Made by a program: the position numbers and the translations under genes. From assembly GCF_054482595.1 (NCBI RefSeq), contig NZ_CM137008.1: DNA of 64,000 nucleotides, one strand, 5' to 3'. The notes under the pieces were generated by a model, which did not search any database, was not told the DNA's origin, and saw nothing but the letters and a program-made list of their open reading frames with translations. Positions 1 to 12,423 of this stretch are shown here, piece after piece. Positions within the stretch are counted from its first letter, which is position 1, and the number at the start of each line of letters is the position of its first letter.

Positions 1-79
1 TTAATCGCTATATAAATATGTTTATAACCATTTGAAATGTGAGCGAAAGCCCGTTTTTGCCACGCTTCCCGCCACTCTT

Positions 80-114
80 TTGATCCTGCTACAGGTTTTA
101 CCCCGATCGGGGTA
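80..114 (+). promoter_or_regulatory. napF promoter control region: FNR-like half-palindrome TTGAT-N4-CTACA (80-93) plus a NarP/NarL 7-2-7 inverted heptamer TACCCCG-AT-CGGGGTA (99-114)
   Basis: There is a perfect 16-bp palindrome at 99-114. Its centre lies 20 bp downstream of the TTGAT-N4 site centre, which matches the known -64.5 FNR and -44.5 NarP geometry of napF. A TAATAT -10-like hexamer lies at 135-140. Confidence 0.7.
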
Positions 115-227
115 TGCATCTTTGACACATCCTTTAATATCTTAGCGGCTATAAAAATGGCTTATTAATTATGCGGTTTATTTGGTCGCTCTCAATTTTC
201 AGAGCGCGTTAATGATGGAAGGTCAAT

Positions 228-722
228 GTGAAGATTGATGCATCCCGTCGGGGCATACTCACTGGTCGCTGGCGCAAAGCCAGTAACGGTATCCGTCCGC
301 CCTGGTCCGGTGATGAATCTCATTTTCTGACCCATTGCACCCGCTGCGATGCCTGTATTAATGCTTGTGAAAACAACATTCTGCAACGCGGCGCGGGCGG
401 CTATCCGAGCGTTAATTTCAAAAACAACGAGTGCAGCTTCTGTTACGCCTGCGCGCAGGCTTGCCCCGAATCGCTATTTTCTCCGCGCCACACCAGGGCC
501 TGGGATTTGCAGTTCACCATTGGGGACGCGTGCCTGGCGTATCAGTCAGTTGAATGCCGCCGCTGTCAGGATAGCTGTGAGCCAATGGCAATTATCTTTC
601 GCCCGACGCTCTCCGGGATCTACCAGCCGCAACTTAATAGCCAACTTTGCAACGGATGTGGAGCATGTGCAGCCAGCTGTCCGGTATCAGCCATAACTGC
701 GGAGTATCTCCATGCACACTAA
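228..722 (+). CDS. napF: ferredoxin-type protein NapF (4Fe-4S clusters)
   Basis: The 164-aa ORF has a GTG start and several CxxCxxCxxxCP motifs. It is the first gene of the nap operon. Confidence 0.95.
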   Translation: MKIDASRRGILTGRWRKASNGIRPPWSGDESHFLTHCTRCDACINACENNILQRGAGGYPSVNFKNNECSFCYACAQACPESLFSPRHTRAWDLQFTIGDACLAYQSVECRRCQDSCEPMAIIFRPTLSGIYQPQLNSQLCNGCGACAASCPVSAITAEYLHAH

Positions 723-975
723 CTGGCAAGTTTGCAGCCTGGTCGTGCAGGCCAAAAGCGAACGAATTTCAGACATCAGCACCCAACTGAACGCCTTTCC
801 CGGCTGTGAAGTTGCTGTCAGCGACGCGCCGAGCGGTCAGTTGATTGTGGTGGTGGAAGCAGAAGACAGCGAAACGCTGATCCAAACCATTGAGTCAGTA
901 CGCAACGTAGAGGGCGTGCTGGCGGTGTCGCTGGTTTATCACCAGCAGGAAGAGCAAGGTGAGGAAACACCATGA
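712..975 (+). CDS. napD: NapA signal-peptide-binding chaperone NapD
   Basis: The 87-aa ORF overlaps the end of napF and the start of napA, as in the canonical operon order. Confidence 0.95.
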   Translation: MHTNWQVCSLVVQAKSERISDISTQLNAFPGCEVAVSDAPSGQLIVVVEAEDSETLIQTIESVRNVEGVLAVSLVYHQQEEQGEETP

Positions 976-3458
976 AACTCAGTCGTCGTAGCTTTATGAA
1001 AGCTAACGCCGTTGCGGCCGCTGCGGCGGCTGCCGGTCTCAGCGTGCCGGGCGTTGCCCGCGCCGTTGTTGGTCAGCAGGAAGCCATTAAATGGGATAAA
1101 GCGCCGTGCCGTTTCTGCGGTACTGGTTGCGGCGTTCTGGTCGGAACGCAGCAGGGGCGTGTGGTGGCCTGTCAGGGCGACCCGGACGCACCGGTTAACC
1201 GTGGCCTGAACTGCATTAAGGGCTATTTCCTGCCCAAGATCATGTACGGTAAAGACCGTTTGACGCAGCCGCTGCTGCGTATGAAAAACGGTAAATATGA
1301 CAAAGAAGGCGAATTTACCCCAATCACCTGGGATCAGGCCTTCGATGTGATGGAAGAGAAATTCAAAACCGCCCTGAAAGAAAAAGGGCCGGAATCGATC
1401 GGTATGTTCGGTTCTGGTCAGTGGACTATCTGGGAAGGTTATGCCGCGTCCAAACTGTTTAAAGCGGGCTTCCGTTCGAACAACATCGACCCGAACGCGC
1501 GTCACTGTATGGCGTCGGCAGTAGTTGGCTTTATGCGTACCTTTGGTATGGATGAGCCGATGGGCTGCTATGACGACATCGAGCAGGCTGACGCGTTTGT
1601 GCTGTGGGGCGCAAACATGGCGGAAATGCACCCGATCCTCTGGTCGCGCATCACTAACCGTCGTCTCTCTAACCAGAACGTCACCGTGGCGGTGCTTTCT
1701 ACCTACCAGCATCGTAGCTTCGAGCTGGCGGATAACGGCATCATCTTTACGCCGCAATCTGACCTGGTGATCCTGAACTACATCGCCAACTATATCATTC
1801 AAAACAATGCGATAAATCAGGACTTCTTTAGCAAACACGTTAACCTGCGCAAAGGTGCGACGGACATCGGCTACGGTTTACGTCCGACCCATCCGCTGGA
1901 AAAAGCAGCGAAGAATCCGGGTTCTGATGCTTCCGAACCGATGAGCTTTGAAGATTACAAAGCCTTCGTTGCTGAGTATACGCTGGAAAAAACCGCTGAA
2001 ATGACCGGCGTGCCGAAAGACCAGTTAGAACAACTGGCGCAGCTGTATGCCGATCCGAACAAGAAAGTCATCTCCTACTGGACGATGGGCTTCAACCAGC
2101 ATACCCGTGGTGTATGGGCCAACAACCTGGTCTACAACCTGCACCTGCTGACCGGCAAAATTTCCCAGCCGGGTTGCGGTCCGTTCTCCCTGACCGGGCA
2201 GCCTTCTGCGTGTGGTACTGCGCGTGAAGTGGGCACCTTTGCTCACCGTCTGCCTGCGGACATGGTGGTGACTAACGAGAAACATCGTGATATCTGCGAG
2301 AAGAAGTGGAATATCCCGAGTGGCACCATTCCGGCAAAAATCGGTCTGCACGCGGTGGCACAAGACCGTGCGCTGAAAGACGGCAAGCTGAATGTTTACT
2401 GGACCATGTGTACCAACAACATGCAGGCCGGGCCGAACATCAATGAAGAGCGTATGCCGGGCTGGCGCGATCCGCGCAACTTCATCATCGTCTCCGATCC
2501 GTATCCGACAGTCAGTGCGCTGGCCGCCGACTTGATCCTGCCGACCGCAATGTGGGTAGAAAAAGAGGGCGCTTACGGTAACGCCGAACGCCGTACTCAG
2601 TTCTGGCGTCAGCAAGTACAGGCACCTGGTGAAGCGAAATCGGATCTCTGGCAGTTAGTTCAGTTCTCCCGTCGCTTCAAAACCGAAGAAGTATGGCCGG
2701 AAGAGCTGCTGGCGAAGAAACCGGAACTGCGTGGCAAAACGTTGTACGAGGTTCTGTATGCCACCCCGGAAGTGAGCAAATTCCCGGTATCCGAACTGGC
2801 GGAAGATCAGCTGAACGATGAATCCCGCGAGCTGGGCTTCTATCTGCAAAAAGGGCTGTTCGAAGAGTACGCATGGTTTGGTCGTGGTCACGGTCACGAT
2901 CTGGCACCGTTCGATGACTACCATAAAGCGCGCGGTCTGCGCTGGCCGGTGGTGAACGGTAAAGAAACTCAGTGGCGTTACAGCGAAGGTAACGACCCGT
3001 ACGTGAAAGCGGGCGAAGGCTACAAGTTCTACGGTAAACCGGATGGCAAAGCGGTGATCTTCGCACTGCCGTTCGAACCAGCGGCGGAAGCACCGGATGA
3101 AGAGTACGACCTGTGGCTCTCTACCGGACGCGTCCTGGAGCACTGGCACACCGGCAGTATGACTCGCCGTGTACCGGAACTGCACCGCGCCTTCCCGGAA
3201 GCGGTCCTGTTTATTCACCCGCTGGATGCGAAAGCGCGCGATCTGCGTCGTGGCGACAAAGTGAAAGTGGTTTCTCGCCGTGGCGAAGTGATCTCGATTG
3301 TCGAAACGCGCGGTCGTAACCGTCCGCCGCAGGGCCTGGTGTACATGCCGTTCTTCGACGCCGCACAGCTGGTTAACAAACTAACGCTGGACGCGACCGA
3401 TCCGCTCTCGAAAGAGACGGACTTCAAGAAGTGCGCGGTCAAACTGGAGAAGGTGTAA
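972..3458 (+). CDS. napA: periplasmic nitrate reductase catalytic subunit NapA (molybdopterin, Tat signal)
   Basis: The 828-aa ORF has a twin-arginine leader (SRRSFMK). It has an N-terminal CxxCxxxC Fe-S motif. Confidence 0.98.
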   Translation: MKLSRRSFMKANAVAAAAAAAGLSVPGVARAVVGQQEAIKWDKAPCRFCGTGCGVLVGTQQGRVVACQGDPDAPVNRGLNCIKGYFLPKIMYGKDRLTQPLLRMKNGKYDKEGEFTPITWDQAFDVMEEKFKTALKEKGPESIGMFGSGQWTIWEGYAASKLFKAGFRSNNIDPNARHCMASAVVGFMRTFGMDEPMGCYDDIEQADAFVLWGANMAEMHPILWSRITNRRLSNQNVTVAVLSTYQHRSFELADNGIIFTPQSDLVILNYIANYIIQNNAINQDFFSKHVNLRKGATDIGYGLRPTHPLEKAAKNPGSDASEPMSFEDYKAFVAEYTLEKTAEMTGVPKDQLEQLAQLYADPNKKVISYWTMGFNQHTRGVWANNLVYNLHLLTGKISQPGCGPFSLTGQPSACGTAREVGTFAHRLPADMVVTNEKHRDICEKKWNIPSGTIPAKIGLHAVAQDRALKDGKLNVYWTMCTNNMQAGPNINEERMPGWRDPRNFIIVSDPYPTVSALAADLILPTAMWVEKEGAYGNAERRTQFWRQQVQAPGEAKSDLWQLVQFSRRFKTEEVWPEELLAKKPELRGKTLYEVLYATPEVSKFPVSELAEDQLNDESRELGFYLQKGLFEEYAWFGRGHGHDLAPFDDYHKARGLRWPVVNGKETQWRYSEGNDPYVKAGEGYKFYGKPDGKAVIFALPFEPAAEAPDEEYDLWLSTGRVLEHWHTGSMTRRVPELHRAFPEAVLFIHPLDAKARDLRRGDKVKVVSRRGEVISIVETRGRNRPPQGLVYMPFFDAAQLVNKLTLDATDPLSKETDFKKCAVKLEKV

Positions 3459-3464
3459 GCCATT

Positions 3465-4160
3465 ATGTCCCGGTCAGCGAAACCTCAAAATGGTCGCCGC
3501 CGCTTTCTGCGCGATGTTGTTCGCACAGCAGGCGGGCTGGCTGCCGTGGGTGTGGCGCTGGGGTTACAACAGCAAACCGCACGCGCATCTGGCGTGCGGT
3601 TGCGCCCGCCCGGAGCCATAAACGAGAACGCCTTTGCCAGTGCCTGTGTGCGTTGTGGTCAGTGTGTTCAGGCTTGCCCTTACGACACCTTAAAACTGGC
3701 GACGCTGGCCTCTGGTCTGTCGGCGGGCACGCCATATTTTGTCGCACGGGATATTCCTTGCGAAATGTGTGAGGACATTCCGTGCGCCAAAGTGTGCCCG
3801 AGCGGTGCGCTGGATCGTGAGATCGAATCGATCGACGACGCGCGGATGGGGCTGGCGGTGCTGGTAGACCAGGAAAACTGTCTCAACTTTCAGGGGCTGC
3901 GCTGCGATGTTTGTTATCGCGAATGCCCGAAAATTGATGAGGCCATCACCCTGGAGCTGGAGCGCAACACGCGTACCGGTAAGCACGCCCGCTTTCTGCC
4001 GACGGTTCACAGCGACGCCTGTACCGGCTGCGGTAAGTGCGAAAAAGTGTGCGTGCTGGAACAACCGGCAATCAAGGTGTTACCGCTGTCACTGGCGAAA
4101 GGGGAGTTAGGTCACCATTACCGCTTCGGCTGGCTGGAGGGGAACAATGGCAAATCGTAA
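3465..4160 (+). CDS. napG: ferredoxin-type protein NapG
   Basis: The 231-aa ORF has an RRRFLR Tat-like leader and four Cys-cluster motifs. Confidence 0.95.
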
Positions 4161-5010
4161 ACGTGACGCCGGGCGCGAGGCGCTGGAGAAAAAAGGCTGG
4201 TGGCGCAGTCACCGTTGGCTGGTGTTACGTCGCCTTTGTCAGTTCTTCGTGCTGGGGATGTTTTTGAGCGGTCCGTGGTTTGGTGTGTGGATCTTGCACG
4301 GCAACTACAGCAGTAGCCTGTTATTCGACACCGTTCCGCTGACCGATCCGCTGATGACGCTGCAAAGTCTTGCCAGTGGTCATCTGCCTGCCACGGTGGC
4401 GTTGACCGGTGCGGTGATTATCACCGTGCTCTACGCCCTGGCGGGAAAGCGATTATTTTGCAGCTGGGTCTGCCCGCTGAACCCGATTACCGACTTAGCG
4501 AACTGGTTACGCAGGCGCTTTGACCTCAATCAGTCTGCGACGATCCCTCGCCACATTCGCTACGTGCTGTTGGTGGTCATTCTGGTGGGATCAGCCTTAA
4601 CCGGCACGCTCATCTGGGAATGGATCAACCCCGTTTCCCTGATGGGGCGTAGCCTGGTAATGGGCTTCGGCAGCGGCGCGCTGCTTATTCTCGCGCTGTT
4701 TTTATTTGATCTACTGGTCGTTGAACACGGCTGGTGCGGGCACATTTGTCCGGTTGGCGCGCTTTATGGCGTGCTGGGTAGCAAAGGTGTGATTACCGTT
4801 GCGGCCAGCGATCGGCAGAAATGTAACCGCTGTATGGATTGTTTTCATGTTTGCCCGGAACCGCATGTGCTACGTGCCCCGGTGCTGGATGAACAAAGCC
4901 CGGTGCAGGTCACCAGCCGCGATTGCATGACGTGCGGTCGCTGCGTGGATGTCTGTTCTGAGGATGTATTTACAATAACTACACGATGGAGTTCGGGAGC
5001 GAAATCATGA
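4147..5010 (+). CDS. napH: membrane-bound quinol dehydrogenase ferredoxin subunit NapH
   Basis: The 287-aa ORF has TM helices, CxxCP motifs and C-terminal 4Fe-4S motifs. Confidence 0.95.
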
Positions 5011-5456
5011 AAAGCCATGACCTGAAGAAAGCGCTGTGTCAATGGACGGCGATGCTGGCCCTGGTGGTAAGCGGCGCGGTTTGGGCGGCTAATGGCGTCG
5101 ATTTTAGCCAGTCGCCGGAAGTATCCGGGACGCAGGAAGGGGCCATTCGGATGCCAAAAGAGCAGGATCGGATGCCGCTGAACTATGTGAATCAGCCGCC
5201 AATGATCCCGCATAGCGTTGAAGGTTATCAGGTAACGACCAATACCAACCGCTGCTTGCAGTGCCACGGTGTCGAAAGCTATCGCACCACTGGCGCGCCG
5301 CGTATCAGTCCTACTCACTTTATGGACAGCGACGGCAAAGTGGGCGCGGAAGTGGCTCCGCGTCGTTATTTCTGTCTGCAATGTCACGTACCGCAGGCCG
5401 ATACCGCGCCAATCGTGGGGAATACCTTTACCCCATCAAAAGGTTACGGGAAATAA
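5007..5456 (+). CDS. napB: dihaem cytochrome c NapB
   Basis: The start was chosen at MKSHDLKK (149 aa), where ATGA overlaps the napH stop. The protein has two CxxCH haem motifs (CLQCH). Confidence 0.93.
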   Translation: MKSHDLKKALCQWTAMLALVVSGAVWAANGVDFSQSPEVSGTQEGAIRMPKEQDRMPLNYVNQPPMIPHSVEGYQVTTNTNRCLQCHGVESYRTTGAPRISPTHFMDSDGKVGAEVAPRRYFCLQCHVPQADTAPIVGNTFTPSKGYGK

Positions 5457-5465
5457 GAGGTTATT

Positions 5466-6068
5466 ATGGGAAATTCTGACCGTAAGCCTGGTCTGATTAA
5501 GCGCCTGTGGAAATGGTGGCGTACCCCCAGCCGTCTGGCGCTGGGGACGCTGCTGTTGATCGGTTTTGTCGGCGGCATCGTCTTCTGGGGCGGCTTTAAC
5601 ACCGGGATGGAAAAAGCCAATACCGAAGAGTTCTGCATTAGCTGCCACGAAATGCGTAACACGGTGTATCAGGAATACATGGATTCCGTGCACTACAACA
5701 ACCGTAGCGGCGTCCGTGCGACCTGTCCGGATTGTCACGTTCCGCACGAGTTTGTGCCGAAGATGATACGCAAGCTCAAAGCAAGTAAAGAGCTGTATGG
5801 TAAAATTTTTGGCGTTATTGACACGCCGCAGAAATTTGAAGCTCATCGTCTGACGATGGCACAGAATGAGTGGCGGCGCATGAAGGACAATAACTCGCAG
5901 GAGTGCCGTAACTGTCACAACTTCGAGTATATGGATACAACCGCCCAGAAATCGGTTGCCGCGAAGATGCATGACCAGGCGGTGAAAGATGGGCAAACCT
6001 GTATTGATTGCCATAAAGGGATAGCGCACAAGCTGCCCGATATGCGTGAAGTCGAGCCAGGTTTTTAA
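5466..6068 (+). CDS. napC: tetrahaem cytochrome c quinol dehydrogenase NapC
   Basis: The 200-aa ORF has an N-terminal TM helix and four CxxCH motifs (CISCH, CPDCH, CRNCH, CIDCH). Confidence 0.96.
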   Translation: MGNSDRKPGLIKRLWKWWRTPSRLALGTLLLIGFVGGIVFWGGFNTGMEKANTEEFCISCHEMRNTVYQEYMDSVHYNNRSGVRATCPDCHVPHEFVPKMIRKLKASKELYGKIFGVIDTPQKFEAHRLTMAQNEWRRMKDNNSQECRNCHNFEYMDTTAQKSVAAKMHDQAVKDGQTCIDCHKGIAHKLPDMREVEPGF

Positions 6069-6080
6069 CAAGGTTATTGC

Positions 6081-6704
6081 GTGGGTATGCTTGAAGCCAG
6101 AGAGTTACTTTGTGAGCGGGATGAACGAACCTTATTTAGTGGCTTGTCATTTACGCTGAACGCAGGAGAGTGGGTACAAATCACCGGTAGCAACGGCGCG
6201 GGGAAGACAACGCTTCTCCGTTTGCTGACGGGGTTGTCTCGCCCTGACGCAGGCGAGGTTCTCTGGCAAGGGCAGCCCTTGCATCAGGTACGTGACAGCT
6301 ACCATCAAAACCTGTTATGGATAGGCCATCAGCCGGGGATCAAAACCCGGCTGACGGCGTTAGAAAATCTGCACTTTTATCATCGCGATGGCGATACCGC
6401 ACAATGTCTGGAAGCCCTGGCGCAGGCCGGGCTTGCCGGATTCGAAGATATTCCGGTAAATCAACTTTCTGCCGGGCAACAACGCCGCGTCGCTTTAGCG
6501 CGTCTGTGGCTGACCCGTGCCACGTTATGGATCCTCGACGAGCCTTTTACCGCGATTGACGTCAACGGCGTCGATCGTCTGACCCAGCGTATGGCGCAGC
6601 ATACGGAGCAGGGGGGGATTGTGATTCTGACTACCCACCAGCCGCTCAACGTTGCTGAAAGTAAAATTCGCCGCATTTCACTGACGCAAACGAGGGCTGC
6701 ATGA
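6081..6704 (+). CDS. ccmA: haem exporter ATP-binding subunit CcmA
   Basis: The 207-aa ORF has a GTG start, a Walker A motif GSNGAGKT and an ABC signature LSAGQQ. Confidence 0.96.
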   Translation: MGMLEARELLCERDERTLFSGLSFTLNAGEWVQITGSNGAGKTTLLRLLTGLSRPDAGEVLWQGQPLHQVRDSYHQNLLWIGHQPGIKTRLTALENLHFYHRDGDTAQCLEALAQAGLAGFEDIPVNQLSAGQQRRVALARLWLTRATLWILDEPFTAIDVNGVDRLTQRMAQHTEQGGIVILTTHQPLNVAESKIRRISLTQTRAA

Positions 6705-7363
6705 TGTTCTGGCGCATTTTCCGTCTTGAGCTGCGCGTAGCGTTTCGCCATAGCGCCGAAATCGCCAACCCGCTGTGGTTCTTCCTGATTGTAATTACCC
6801 TTTTTCCGCTCAGTATCGGTCCGGAGCCGCAACTGCTGGCGCGTATTGCACCGGGCATTATCTGGGTTGCTGCGCTGCTTTCATCCTTGCTGGCGCTGGA
6901 ACGACTGTTCCGTGACGATTTGCAGGACGGCAGTCTTGAACAATTGATGTTGTTGCCGTTACCCTTGCCCGCCGTTGTGCTGGCGAAGGTGATGGCGCAC
7001 TGGATGGTAACCGGTCTGCCGTTACTCATCCTTTCGCCACTGGTAGCAATGCTACTGGGAATGGATGTTTATGGCTGGCAAGTGATGGCGCTGACGCTGC
7101 TGCTGGGAACGCCTACGCTTGGCTTTCTCGGTGCACCGGGCGTGGCGCTGACAGTGGGACTTAAGCGCGGTGGTGTGCTGCTCAGCATACTGGTGTTACC
7201 GCTGACTATCCCATTACTCATCTTTGCCACCGCCGCGATGGACGCGGCTTCTATGCATTTGCCCGTTGACGGGTATCTGGCAATTTTAGGCGCGTTGCTG
7301 GCAGGCACCGCGACATTAAGTCCTTTTGCGACGGCGGCAGCGTTACGAATCAGCATTCAATAA
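6701..7363 (+). CDS. ccmB: haem exporter membrane subunit CcmB
   Basis: The 220-aa polytopic membrane ORF is translationally coupled to ccmA. Confidence 0.95.
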
Positions 7364-7404
7364 CGCTGGATTACTGATTTTTGTTCGAGTCTGGTATCGA
7401 AACT

Positions 7405-8142
7405 ATGTGGAAAACACTGCATCAACTGGCGATCCCACCACGGCTGTATCAAATCTGTGGCTGGTTTATACCGTGGCTGGCAATTGCCAGTGTGGTCGTG
7501 CTTACCGTTGGCTGGATCTGGGGATTCGGCTTTGCTCCGGCTGATTATCAGCAGGGAAATAGCTACCGCATTATCTACTTGCATGTACCTGCGGCGATCT
7601 GGTCGATGGGCATTTATGCATCAATGGCGGTGGCAGCGTTTATTGGCCTTGTCTGGCAGATGAAAATGGCCAACCTGGCGGTGGCGGCGATGGCCCCCAT
7701 TGGTGCCGTGTTTACCTTTATTGCCCTGGTTACCGGCTCTGCATGGGGAAAACCGATGTGGGGCACCTGGTGGGTATGGGATGCACGTCTGACTTCTGAA
7801 CTGGTGCTGCTGTTTCTGTATGTTGGTGTCATTGCCCTGTGGCACGCCTTCGATGACCGCCGTCTGGCGGGCCGTGCGGCAGGTATCCTGGTGCTGATTG
7901 GCGTGGTGAATCTGCCGATTATTCATTACTCCGTGGAGTGGTGGAACACCCTGCATCAGGGATCAACGCGGATGCAGCAAAGTATCGATCCGGCGATGCG
8001 TTCGCCGCTGCGCTGGTCGATTTTTGGCTTCCTGCTCCTGTCTGCCACGCTGACGCTGATGCGGATGCGGAATTTGATTTTGCTGATGGAAAAACGCCGT
8101 CCGTGGGTGAGTGAACTGATACTGAAAAGAGGCCGTAAATGA
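7405..8142 (+). CDS. ccmC: haem lyase/exporter subunit CcmC
   Basis: The start was chosen at MWKTLHQL (245 aa). The protein carries the WGxxWxWD tryptophan-rich motif (WGTWWVWD). Confidence 0.93.
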   Translation: MWKTLHQLAIPPRLYQICGWFIPWLAIASVVVLTVGWIWGFGFAPADYQQGNSYRIIYLHVPAAIWSMGIYASMAVAAFIGLVWQMKMANLAVAAMAPIGAVFTFIALVTGSAWGKPMWGTWWVWDARLTSELVLLFLYVGVIALWHAFDDRRLAGRAAGILVLIGVVNLPIIHYSVEWWNTLHQGSTRMQQSIDPAMRSPLRWSIFGFLLLSATLTLMRMRNLILLMEKRRPWVSELILKRGRK

Positions 8143-8348
8143 CCCCTGCATTTGCTTCCTGGAATGAATTTTTCGCAATGGGCGGTTACGCCTTTTTTGT
8201 CTGGCTGGCGGTGGTGATGACCGTTATTCCGCTGGTGGTTTTGGTCGTGCACTCGGTGATGCAACATCGCGCAATTCTGCGTGGCGTGGCGCAACAGCGG
8301 GCGCGTGAGGCGCGTTTACGTGCTGCGCAACAGCAGGAGGCTGCATGA
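8139..8348 (+). CDS. ccmD: haem exporter subunit CcmD
   Basis: The 69-aa single-TM ORF has coupled overlaps with its neighbours. Confidence 0.92.
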   Translation: MTPAFASWNEFFAMGGYAFFVWLAVVMTVIPLVVLVVHSVMQHRAILRGVAQQRAREARLRAAQQQEAA

Positions 8349-8824
8349 ATATTCGCCGTAAAAACCGCTTGTGGATTGTCTGTGCCGTGTTGGCAGGGCT
8401 GGCGCTGACTATCGGTCTGGTGCTATATGCGCTGCGCTCGAATATCGATCTCTTTTATACGCCGGGGGAAATTCTCTACGGCAAGCGTGAAACTCAGCAA
8501 ATGCCGGAAGTCGGTCAGCGTCTGCGCGTTGGCGGGATGGTGATGCCGGGTAGTGTGCAGCGCGATCCCAATTCGCTGAAAGTGACCTTCACCATTTACG
8601 ACGCTGAAGGCTCAGTGGATGTCTCTTACGAAGGCATTTTGCCGGATCTGTTCCGTGAAGGGCAGGGCGTTGTGGTGCAGGGCGAGCTGGAAAAAGGCAA
8701 TCATATCCTCGCGAAAGAAGTGCTGGCGAAACACGACGAAAACTACACGCCGCCAGAAGTTGAGAAAGCGATGGAAGCTAACCACCGTCGCCCGGCGAGT
8801 GTTTATAAGGACCCAGCATCATGA
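8345..8824 (+). CDS. ccmE: haem chaperone CcmE
   Basis: The 159-aa ORF has an N-terminal anchor and the haem-binding HDENY region. Confidence 0.95.
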   Translation: MNIRRKNRLWIVCAVLAGLALTIGLVLYALRSNIDLFYTPGEILYGKRETQQMPEVGQRLRVGGMVMPGSVQRDPNSLKVTFTIYDAEGSVDVSYEGILPDLFREGQGVVVQGELEKGNHILAKEVLAKHDENYTPPEVEKAMEANHRRPASVYKDPAS

Positions 8825-10764
8825 TGCCGGAAATTGGTAACGGGCTGCTGTGCCTGGCGTTAGGGATTGCGCTGCTGCTGTCCGTGTATCCGCTATGGGG
8901 CGTGGCGCGCGGAGATGCGCGCATGATGGCGTCTTCCCGCTTGTTTGCCTGGCTGCTGTTTATGTCTGTGGCTGGCGCATTTCTGGTGCTGGTCAATGCT
9001 TTCGTGGTCAACGACTTTACCGTCACCTATGTTGCCAGCAACTCCAATACCCAGCTTCCGGTGTGGTATCGCGTGGCGGCTACCTGGGGCGCACATGAAG
9101 GCTCACTGCTGCTGTGGGTGCTGCTGATGAGCGGCTGGACCTTTGCGGTGGCGATTTTTAGTCAGCGTATTCCGCTGGATATTGTGGCCCGCGTACTGGC
9201 GATAATGGGGATGGTCAGTGTCGGCTTTTTGCTGTTCATTCTCTTTACTTCTAACCCGTTCTCACGCACGTTGCCGAATTTCCCGATTGAAGGTCGCGAT
9301 CTTAACCCGCTATTGCAGGATCCGGGGCTGATCTTCCATCCGCCTCTGCTTTATATGGGGTACGTGGGTTTCTCGGTGGCGTTTGCTTTTGCCATTGCTT
9401 CTTTGCTGAGCGGGCGTCTGGACAGCACTTATGCGCGTTTTACTCGTCCGTGGACGCTGGCAGCGTGGATCTTCCTGACGCTCGGCATCGTGCTCGGTTC
9501 CGCATGGGCCTATTACGAACTCGGCTGGGGTGGCTGGTGGTTCTGGGATCCGGTAGAAAACGCCTCGTTTATGCCGTGGCTGGTGGGGACTGCGCTGATG
9601 CACTCGCTGGCGGTGACTGAACAGCGTGCCAGCTTCAAAGCGTGGACATTACTGCTGGCAATCAGTGCCTTCTCGTTGTGTCTGTTGGGGACTTTCCTCG
9701 TGCGTTCCGGCGTGCTGGTATCGGTACACGCGTTTGCGTCTGATCCGGCGCGCGGTATGTTTATCCTCGCCTTTATGGTGCTGGTGATTGGCGGTTCGCT
9801 GCTGCTGTTTGCCGCGCGTGGACACAAAGTTCGCTCACGCGTAAACAATGCGCTGTGGTCGCGGGAATCTCTGCTGTTAGCGAACAACGTTTTGCTGGTC
9901 GCCGCGATGCTGGTGGTGTTGCTGGGGACGCTGCTGCCGCTGGTGCACAAGCAACTGGGACTGGGCAGTATTTCGATTGGCGAACCGTTCTTCAACACCA
10001 TGTTTACCTGGCTGATGGTGCCGTTTGCGCTACTGCTGGGTGTCGGTCCTCTGGTGCGCTGGGGGCGCGATCGCCCACGTAAAATCCGCAATTTATTGAT
10101 TATCGCCTTCATCTCTACGCTGGTGCTGTCTCTGCTGTTGCCGTGGCTGTTCGAAAGCAAAGTGGTGGCGATGACGGTGCTCGGCCTGGCAATGGCCTGC
10201 TGGATTGCGGTGCTGGCAATTGCGGAAGCTGCGCTACGTATTTCACGCGGCACGAAAACCACCTTCAGTTATTGGGGGATGGTGGCGGCTCACCTGGGGC
10301 TGGCAGTGACAATTGTTGGCATTGCCTTTAGCCAGAACTATAGCGTTGAGCGTGATGTGCGCATGAAGTCCGGCGATAGCGTCGATATTCATGAATATCG
10401 CTTCACCTTCCGTGATGTCAAAGAGGTGACTGGCCCGAACTGGCGTGGCGGTGTGGCGACTATCGGCGTAACGCGAGAGGGTAAACCGGAAACGGTGCTG
10501 TATGCGGAAAAACGTTATTACAACACTGCCGGGTCGATGATGACCGAAGCGGCAATTGACGGCGGCATCACGCGTGACCTGTACGCGGCCCTCGGTGAAG
10601 AGCTGGAAAACGGCGCGTGGGCCGTGCGTCTTTACTACAAACCATTTGTTCGCTGGATTTGGGCGGGCGGGCTGATGATGGCGTTGGGCGGACTGCTGTG
10701 TCTGTTTGATCCTCGCTATCGTAAGCGCGTGAGCCCGCAAAAAACTGCGCCGGAGGCTGTATGA
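8821..10764 (+). CDS. ccmF: cytochrome c haem lyase subunit CcmF
   Basis: The 647-aa polytopic ORF has a W-rich motif ([12 protein letters not shown]). Confidence 0.96.
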   Translation: MMPEIGNGLLCLALGIALLLSVYPLWGVARGDARMMASSRLFAWLLFMSVAGAFLVLVNAFVVNDFTVTYVASNSNTQLPVWYRVAATWGAHEGSLLLWVLLMSGWTFAVAIFSQRIPLDIVARVLAIMGMVSVGFLLFILFTSNPFSRTLPNFPIEGRDLNPLLQDPGLIFHPPLLYMGYVGFSVAFAFAIASLLSGRLDSTYARFTRPWTLAAWIFLTLGIVLGSAWAYYELGWGGWWFWDPVENASFMPWLVGTALMHSLAVTEQRASFKAWTLLLAISAFSLCLLGTFLVRSGVLVSVHAFASDPARGMFILAFMVLVIGGSLLLFAARGHKVRSRVNNALWSRESLLLANNVLLVAAMLVVLLGTLLPLVHKQLGLGSISIGEPFFNTMFTWLMVPFALLLGVGPLVRWGRDRPRKIRNLLIIAFISTLVLSLLLPWLFESKVVAMTVLGLAMACWIAVLAIAEAALRISRGTKTTFSYWGMVAAHLGLAVTIVGIAFSQNYSVERDVRMKSGDSVDIHEYRFTFRDVKEVTGPNWRGGVATIGVTREGKPETVLYAEKRYYNTAGSMMTEAAIDGGITRDLYAALGEELENGAWAVRLYYKPFVRWIWAGGLMMALGGLLCLFDPRYRKRVSPQKTAPEAV

Positions 10765-11318
10765 AGCGCAAAGTATTGTTAATTCCGTTGATTATCTTCC
10801 TGGCGATTGCCGCGGCGCTGCTGTGGCAGCTGGCGCGTAATGCCGAAGGGGATGATCCGACCAATCTGGAATCGGCGCTCATTGGCAAGCCAGTGCCGAA
10901 GTTTCGTCTCGAATCACTGGACAATCCGGGGCAGTTTTATCAGGCGGATGTGCTGACTCAGGGCAAACCAGTGCTGCTTAACGTCTGGGCGACCTGGTGT
11001 CCGACCTGCCGTGCGGAACATCAATATCTGAATCAGCTTTCTGCGCAGGGCATCCGCGTGGTCGGCATGAACTATAAAGACGATCGCCAGAAGGCAATCA
11101 GCTGGCTGAAAGAACTGGGCAATCCTTACGCGCTAAGCCTGTTTGATGGCGACGGCATGTTAGGGCTGGATCTCGGTGTCTATGGCGCGCCAGAAACGTT
11201 TCTTATTGACGGCAACGGCATCATTCGCTATCGCCATGCGGGCGATCTCAATCCTCGCGTCTGGGAAGAAGAGATCAAGCCGCTGTGGGAGAAATACAGT
11301 AAGGAGGCCGCACAATGA
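10761..11318 (+). CDS. ccmG: thiol:disulfide interchange protein CcmG/DsbE
   Basis: The 185-aa ORF has the thioredoxin motif WCPTC. Confidence 0.95.
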   Translation: MKRKVLLIPLIIFLAIAAALLWQLARNAEGDDPTNLESALIGKPVPKFRLESLDNPGQFYQADVLTQGKPVLLNVWATWCPTCRAEHQYLNQLSAQGIRVVGMNYKDDRQKAISWLKELGNPYALSLFDGDGMLGLDLGVYGAPETFLIDGNGIIRYRHAGDLNPRVWEEEIKPLWEKYSKEAAQ

Positions 11319-12367
11319 GGTTTTTATTGGGCGTGCTGATGCTGATGATCTCCGGCTCAGCGCTGGCGACCATCGATGTGTTGCAGTTTAAAGATGAAGC
11401 ACAGGAACAACAGTTCCGTCAGCTCACTGAAGAACTGCGTTGCCCGAAATGCCAGAACAACAGCATTGCCGATTCCAACTCGATGATTGCCACCGACCTG
11501 CGCCAGAAAGTGTATGAACTGATGCAGGAAGGTAAAAGTAAGAAAGAGATTGTCGATTATATGGTGGCGCGTTACGGCAACTTCGTCACTTACGATCCGC
11601 CGTTAACGCCGCTGACCGTGCTGCTGTGGGTGCTGCCAGTAGTGGCTATTGGCATTGGCGGTTGGGTCATTTACGCCCGCTCGCGGCGTCGGGTACGCGT
11701 GGTGCTGGAAGCGTTTCCTGAACAAAGCGTGCCGGAAGGTAAGCGTGCCGGATATGTTGTTTATCTGCCGGGTATTGTGGTGGCGTTAATTGTGGCTGGC
11801 GTCAGCTACTACCAGACTGGCAATTATCAGCAGGTGAAAATCTGGCAGCAGGCCACGGCACAGGCTCCGGCGTTGCTGGACAGGGCGCTGGATCCGAAAG
11901 CCGATCCGCTCAACGAAGAAGAGATGTCGCGCCTTGCGCTGGGGATGCGTACTCAACTGCAAAAAAATCCGGGAGATATAGAAGGTTGGATTATGTTGGG
12001 TCGCGTTGGCATGGCGCTGGGTAACGCCAGTATCGCCACCGATGCATACGCTACTGCGTATCGCCTCGATCCGAAAAACAGCGATGCCGCACTGGGTTAT
12101 GCTGAAGCGTTGACACGTTCATCTGATCCCAACGACAACCGCCTCGGCGGCGAACTGCTGCGCCAGTTGGTGAGAACGGACCATAGCAATATTCGTGTGT
12201 TAAGCATGTATGCGTTTAATGCCTTTGAGCAGCAGCGATTTGGCGAAGCCGTTGCCGCGTGGGAGATGATGTTGAAACTCTTACCTGCCAACGATACTCG
12301 CCGTGCGGTGATTGAACGTAGTATCGCGCAGGCGATGCAACATTTGTCGCCGCAGGAGAGTAAATAA
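11315..12367 (+). CDS. ccmH: cytochrome c maturation protein CcmH (NrfF-like plus TPR domain)
   Basis: The 350-aa ORF has an LRCPKC motif and a C-terminal TPR-like region. Confidence 0.95.
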   Translation: MRFLLGVLMLMISGSALATIDVLQFKDEAQEQQFRQLTEELRCPKCQNNSIADSNSMIATDLRQKVYELMQEGKSKKEIVDYMVARYGNFVTYDPPLTPLTVLLWVLPVVAIGIGGWVIYARSRRRVRVVLEAFPEQSVPEGKRAGYVVYLPGIVVALIVAGVSYYQTGNYQQVKIWQQATAQAPALLDRALDPKADPLNEEEMSRLALGMRTQLQKNPGDIEGWIMLGRVGMALGNASIATDAYATAYRLDPKNSDAALGYAEALTRSSDPNDNRLGGELLRQLVRTDHSNIRVLSMYAFNAFEQQRFGEAVAAWEMMLKLLPANDTRRAVIERSIAQAMQHLSPQESK

Positions 12368-12423
12368 AAAGAGGCCCGATGGTGATTCCATCAGGCCAGA
12401 CTGATGACAAAGTGCGCTTAGTT

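Noticed and set aside
939-1838. There are long antisense ORFs opposite napA, ccmF, the capsid gene and others. Examples are 939-1838(-), 9513-10262(-), 37475-38344(-) and 40105-40695(-).
   Set aside because: They lie opposite confidently recognised genes and lack Shine-Dalgarno sequences. They have the Arg/His/Val-rich composition typical of antisense frames in GC-rich coding DNA.
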